A DNA stretch of 64,000 nt. Origin: Candidatus Obscuribacteraceae bacterium (GTDB lineage: Bacteria; Cyanobacteriota; Vampirovibrionia; Obscuribacterales; Obscuribacteraceae). The stretch lies in contig JBGAHS010000005.1 in assembly GCA_044226015.1 (NCBI GenBank), positions 671,116 to 735,115 on the forward strand. The letters run 5' to 3'. This document shows, piece by piece, positions 60,038 to 64,000 of the stretch. A program made the translations under genes and the position numbers. The notes under the pieces were generated by a model. That model worked only from the letters and a program-made list of their open reading frames with translations, had not been told where the DNA came from and did no database searches. Positions within the stretch are counted from its first letter, which is position 1. The number at the start of each line of letters is the position of its first letter.

Positions 60038-61492
60038 CTATTGCTGCTGTCTGCGCCCTTCGATAATCTGTACGAAGGAACGAGTGCGAATTTCTTCCAG
60101 GCTGAGCCCAGTCAATTTTTGCACTTCTTCTTCGCTTGCAGCGCCGCAGTTCACAGCCTTGAGCATGAAGTTGAGCAGACCCTGTCCGGTGGCGGCGTCG
60201 TCGAAGTCATTTCCAGACAACGTCGCCTGAGCTGCTTTTTCCATGAAGGCTTTGAGACGTTTGCTCGCCGGACCCATGCCTGAACGGAAGAAGGTGAAGC
60301 ACGCTGCATAGCGACTCACCAACTGCGCCGGGTGAAGGTCCCACCCCTGATAAAGTCCGAGACGAAGTGACTCCATCACGTTCTTGTAGGCGATAAGCCA
60401 GGCGTCATGAACTGCGCGTTCGTTGGCGGCAAGCTGGCTTTCACTCAGCGGTTCATCTGACTTGACCTTGAAGGGAGCGATCGGCATTTGCACCGTCGCA
60501 CCGTCCGAGAGCCAGATGCCAGTGCCACTGAGGGCGGTGACCATCATCTCGCGAGCGAAGTAGCACGCGGGATGATTCATTGACTGGTGAGTCGCGACCA
60601 CGCCACAAGCGGCTGTGTAATCGTAAGTGCCGAAGTGCATGCCGCGAATACGACCAACACCGGCTTTTGCGAATTGCCGCAGAGCGATTGCGCCGTTGGA
60701 ATTGATGATTGACTGGGTCGTTTCGACCATCAATTCCATCTTCAGCGTTCCGTAGTCCAAGCCGTTGGCTTCCTCGAACGACTCGAACAGCTCTACCAGT
60801 GCTGTGACCTGCTCGGGTATGGTAACCTTCGGAAGGGTCACAACGAAGTTGTCGGGCAGAGTTTGACCTGTTTTCAGGAAGCTGCTCAAGAATATGTCGA
60901 GCGTGCGAATGCTGCGCTGCGACAATTCGTTGTTCAGCGGCTTGATGCGAATGCCGATGAAGGGCGGACATGTCTTTCCTTCGATTGCAGCAGCAAGTTC
61001 GATTGCTGCCTTCTCGGCATCGCTGTCTTCTTCGTCGTCGGGGGGGAAGCCGTACCCGTCCTCGAAGTCGATGCGCTGGTCCTGCACTGCGCCATGGCGC
61101 AGACGCTGACAAAGCAACTGGTAGATGGTTTGAGCCATCTCAAACTCCGGGGCGACTGTGTCGTCGTCCGGATGTTCCCAGGTCGCCGGTTGAAGCTCGA
61201 TGCGCTCATGACCGGGCAACTCGAACACTTTCGCGAACACGCGCCAGTTAGGTGCGTACTGGTTGAGTGCATTGAAAGCCAGGTTTCCGAGCTTCACCGC
61301 GCTGTCGCGCTTGAAGAGGTTCGCGCCACCATAAATGGTGTGCACGGGCTGAGCATCGCCGGAATCGCCCGGATAGCTCCGAGCGAAAATGGCGTTCGCC
61401 TGCTCCAGTCGCGAGAGAATTCCTGCGCTGGTGCTTGGCGAGATAGTTCCTTTTCCTTTTGGCGCCATGAAGCGCTGAGTGGATGACATCAC
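60038..61492 (-). CDS. HpcH/citrate-lyase/malate-synthase-like TIM-barrel enzyme
   Basis: QPVHTIYGGA, RIDFEDGYG, GIRIK, TLPKV, MVET, HFGTYDY, SDGAT, YQGWDLHPAQL. Confidence 0.85.
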   Translation of the reverse strand: MMSSTQRFMAPKGKGTISPSTSAGILSRLEQANAIFARSYPGDSGDAQPVHTIYGGANLFKRDSAVKLGNLAFNALNQYAPNWRVFAKVFELPGHERIELQPATWEHPDDDTVAPEFEMAQTIYQLLCQRLRHGAVQDQRIDFEDGYGFPPDDEEDSDAEKAAIELAAAIEGKTCPPFIGIRIKPLNNELSQRSIRTLDIFLSSFLKTGQTLPDNFVVTLPKVTIPEQVTALVELFESFEEANGLDYGTLKMELMVETTQSIINSNGAIALRQFAKAGVGRIRGMHFGTYDYTAACGVVATHQSMNHPACYFAREMMVTALSGTGIWLSDGATVQMPIAPFKVKSDEPLSESQLAANERAVHDAWLIAYKNVMESLRLGLYQGWDLHPAQLVSRYAACFTFFRSGMGPASKRLKAFMEKAAQATLSGNDFDDAATGQGLLNFMLKAVNCGAASEEEVQKLTGLSLEEIRTRSFVQIIEGRRQQQ

Positions 61493-61571
61493 GTTTCCTT
61501 TCTGTCTATCTACCTTTCTCTTTTGGGTTGACTGATTTTATCACCGAGTCACTCGCTGCGTCTGCGTTGAC

Positions 61572-62495
61572 TCAGCAACTCAGGACTGGAATTTTGTTTC
61601 CAGCCCGGTTGACTGCGACAAAGGTGATTTTGGCGCTTGTTACCGGGAGAATCTTACCCTGGCGTTCGACCTCGGCCTCGATGTGCACCGAGACCGAAGT
61701 CGTCCCGATGCCTGTGAGAACGCCGTAGCAGCAGAGAATGTCGTTGACCTCGACAGCCTGCTGAAACTCGATTTTATCCATGTACCGACTGACACAGACT
61801 TCGAGTTCGTCGTTGGTGCAGGCTTGTTCGGCGATGACCGAACCAGCACCTTCCATGAGAGCCATGAGCCGACCGCCGAAGATCTTTCCGCGTCCGTTCG
61901 TCTCGTTGGGCATCATCACTTTCTTCAGCGCGATAACCCTGTCACCACTGACCGGAAGCGGTGCCTCGGGCAGTATTATGGTTTCGGGGCGCAACGCAGC
62001 GAGAATTCGCGGACGCAGGGTCGAGAACGAAAACCGACCTGTCCGGTCGCCGTTGATGGGCGTCGCCTTGCCGGTTTTGTCAACCGCCACGAAGACTGCG
62101 GTGGCTTCGGTAACCTTGATGATCTGTTTCCTGCGCAGCACCTCGACTTCTGTTTTGACGGTCACTGATGTGCGACCGACATGTTCGATGCTGCCATAAC
62201 AGGTCAGCAGGTCACCGACGCGCACTGCGCGTCTGAACTCGACCTCGTTCATTGCTCGGGTCACCAAGCCGAGTTCATGATTTGGCAGCGCATCATACGC
62301 CACCACTGCAGCACAGAGGTCAATCTGGCTGAGTATTTCGCCACCGCTGATGATGTCATGCTTGATCGCATGACAGGGCAGCATATGCAACTGCCCTCCG
62401 AGTATCCTGTTCATGTCTTCTGTCCTGTCCGTTTTTCGTCCAAGGTCAAGGCAAAGCTGCGCACCGGCTTGCAATACTTGCTGGCTAACGAGCAT
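61572..62495 (-). CDS. Double-hotdog acyl-CoA thioesterase (YciA-like x2)
   Basis: ISGGEIL..D..VGRTSV..FVAVD and NGRGKIFGG..E..IGTTSV..FVAVN; start may be MNRIL. Confidence 0.85.
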   Translation of the reverse strand: MLVSQQVLQAGAQLCLDLGRKTDRTEDMNRILGGQLHMLPCHAIKHDIISGGEILSQIDLCAAVVAYDALPNHELGLVTRAMNEVEFRRAVRVGDLLTCYGSIEHVGRTSVTVKTEVEVLRRKQIIKVTEATAVFVAVDKTGKATPINGDRTGRFSFSTLRPRILAALRPETIILPEAPLPVSGDRVIALKKVMMPNETNGRGKIFGGRLMALMEGAGSVIAEQACTNDELEVCVSRYMDKIEFQQAVEVNDILCCYGVLTGIGTTSVSVHIEAEVERQGKILPVTSAKITFVAVNRAGNKIPVLSC

Positions 62496-62606
62496 ATCAA
62501 CGTTGACTGATGGAAGAATTGAATTAGACGAAGGGAAAGCACACCCTTCGTCTAGTTTGCGATTAAATAAGCTAAGGAATCTGCGCTTTTAGTCGCACTC
62601 AGTGCA

Positions 62607-62666
62607 TCAGCTGAAGACAGCCATGAGCACGATGTAGGCAATCACGCCATAGATGACGTAGAGCAT
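62607..62666 (-). CDS. 19-aa hydrophobic micropeptide
   Basis: GGGAG RBS; MLYVIYGVIAYIVLMAVFS; hairpin 62525-62554 downstream. Confidence 0.55.
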   Translation of the reverse strand: MLYVIYGVIAYIVLMAVFS

Positions 62667-62835
62667 GATGTTTCTCCCTGGTTAAATTTACTGTATCGGG
62701 ACGTTTGTCTCATTCTTGTCCGAAGTCGATGTGCTGATGGTGCAAGCACTGTCCTCAACATTTGATTAAGACAAACTTGTATGCTCGGTGAAGAAGGGGT
62801 GCTTTTGCACCCCTCCTTCTTGCTCGGACTGTGGA

Positions 62836-62907
62836 TCAGTCTTTCGCGTTGATCGCCTTGTAGATGAAATAGAGGGCGACGAGTGCGATGAAAACAACGA
62901 GAACCAT
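62836..62907 (-). CDS. 23-aa single-TM micropeptide
   Basis: AAGGAG RBS; MVLVVFIALVALYFIYKAINAKD; hairpin 62795-62814 downstream. Confidence 0.65.
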   Translation of the reverse strand: MVLVVFIALVALYFIYKAINAKD

Positions 62908-62999
62908 GAGTTCACTCCTTCTTTGATGGCGGCCATGCCGCGTTATTGGTGAGTATTCTCGTGGGCTGGCTTCATAGCTTCACTTGCGTTCAGCCTGGC

Positions 63000-63092
63000 T
63001 TATCCCTCGATATCTTCGAATCGAGTCGGACGCCTCGTTGAAGTAGGCCGAGCCAGCGCGACGATAGCGAAGAAGGCTACGATATACAGCAT
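63000..63092 (-). CDS. 30-aa micropeptide with hydrophobic N-terminus
   Basis: AGGAG RBS; MLYIVAFFAIVALARPTSTRRPTRFEDIEG. Confidence 0.5.
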   Translation of the reverse strand: MLYIVAFFAIVALARPTSTRRPTRFEDIEG

Positions 63093-63160
63093 GTGAAGTC
63101 TCCTGTTTCAGCTAAGCTAACGACCGAAGATAGACTTCGGTCGCTTGCTTTCCTGGCTGC

Positions 63161-63646
63161 TCAGCCGGCGCGCTTCTCGGCGTCGAGGTAACGCTCCAGA
63201 ATCAGAAGCGTCATCGCCGCGGTGATGGCGATGATGCTCGAGATGATGCTCACGAGGAATTGCGCTTTCACGATCGCCGTGCTGCTGCCGATGATCCACG
63301 CCACCGGACCGAACACGCCGAGAGTGGCGAGAACCGAGCCGATCAGAGTGATGATGAGCGCCTTGACCAGGAAGCTCTTCGAATCCATCGGCTTTTCGGT
63401 CATCGTGATGAAGGCGACGCCCATCGCGGTGTAGAAGTCGAAGAACGAGACGAGCCAGGCGCAGAACGCTGCGGCCAGCGGATGAAGACCGAGATGAACG
63501 CCGACGAAGAGTTGGATGGCCAGAAGAACCACATAGGCAAGCGGCGCCCGAATGCCGGCCTGTCCGCTGACCATCACGGTCATGAAGTTCCAGTAGCCCT
63601 TCAACGAATTGACGACGATTCCGAGCAGGAATTTGATCAGTCCCAT
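63161..63646 (-). CDS. Multi-TM membrane protein
   Basis: AAGGAG RBS, 4-5 hydrophobic segments. Confidence 0.75.
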   Translation of the reverse strand: MGLIKFLLGIVVNSLKGYWNFMTVMVSGQAGIRAPLAYVVLLAIQLFVGVHLGLHPLAAAFCAWLVSFFDFYTAMGVAFITMTEKPMDSKSFLVKALIITLIGSVLATLGVFGPVAWIIGSSTAIVKAQFLVSIISSIIAITAAMTLLILERYLDAEKRAG

Positions 63647-63763
63647 TTGTATCTCCTTTGCTTGCGTTACGTTCGGCTCTCTGAGCCGACGGTGAATTGT
63701 AAATTCACTAAGGAAAAATGAGCAGCAGCACTTGCTGCGCAGTAAAAGTTTCTCTTAAGGATG

Positions 63764-63797
63764 AACAGGAAGGCACTATATTCAGTGCCTTCCTGTT
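63764..63797. terminator. 14-bp inverted repeat hairpin
   Basis: AACAGGAAGGCACT / AGTGCCTTCCTGTT. Confidence 0.55.
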
Positions 63798-64000
63798 TCG
63801 ATGTCCCAAACCGTTTTCGCGGTTTGTCAGTTCCAGCTCTCCGATTCTGAGTCGTCTACACTACATGCGTACTCAGTGCGAAGTGGAATGCCGGCTGGAT
63901 GCACTACATTTCGGTGCGAATCAATATCGCCGCAGTCACGCCGTAGAAGAACAGGGCCGCGCTGCCACCGACCATGCTTCGGGAGGTCAGAGCGAGCAAT

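Noticed and set aside
43030..62510. Long plus-strand ORFs (e.g. 43030-44463, 46895-48727, 51522-53771, 55836-57482)
   Set aside because: Antisense shadows of strongly codon-biased minus-strand genes; no motifs or RBS

Overview
Bacterial chromosomal window with three zones. The gene repertoire (several TPR-tailed Ser/Thr kinases, many orphan proteins) is reminiscent of Melainabacteria/Obscuribacterales, but that is an impression only. (1) 1-15.3 kb: at least two decaying integrative elements in tandem, delimited by two copies of the 3' half of a tRNA-Arg(CCT) (6284-6325, 15229-15261). They carry three broken tyrosine integrases (one with its arm-binding domain apparently at the C-terminus), a complete-ended IS110 whose bridge-RNA guides can be matched to its own junctions, a DUF433/DUF5615 toxin-antitoxin pair and a duplicated DUF4062 cassette. 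(2) 15.3-42.3 kb: lower-GC mixed genes (FGE-family protein, glutathione peroxidase, SRPBCC, PfkB, agmatinase+GNAT, three Ser/Thr kinases). It includes a ChrH-like DUF692/MNIO enzyme lying tail-to-tail with a secreted 262-aa protein ending in CYGCGRG, a candidate new RiPP-like protein-modification system. (3) After an 8-bp tandem repeat at 42.3-42.5 kb, a visibly GC-richer, entirely minus-strand array: two protealysin-like M4 and one M36 peptidase, two PspA/IM30-like proteins, a giant TPM/coiled-coil protein, DUF502, an ABC transporter with a degenerate ATPase, a citrate-lyase/malate-synthase-like enzyme with a double-hotdog thioesterase, and many single-TM micropeptides. All family calls are from motif recognition by eye; no database search was run.
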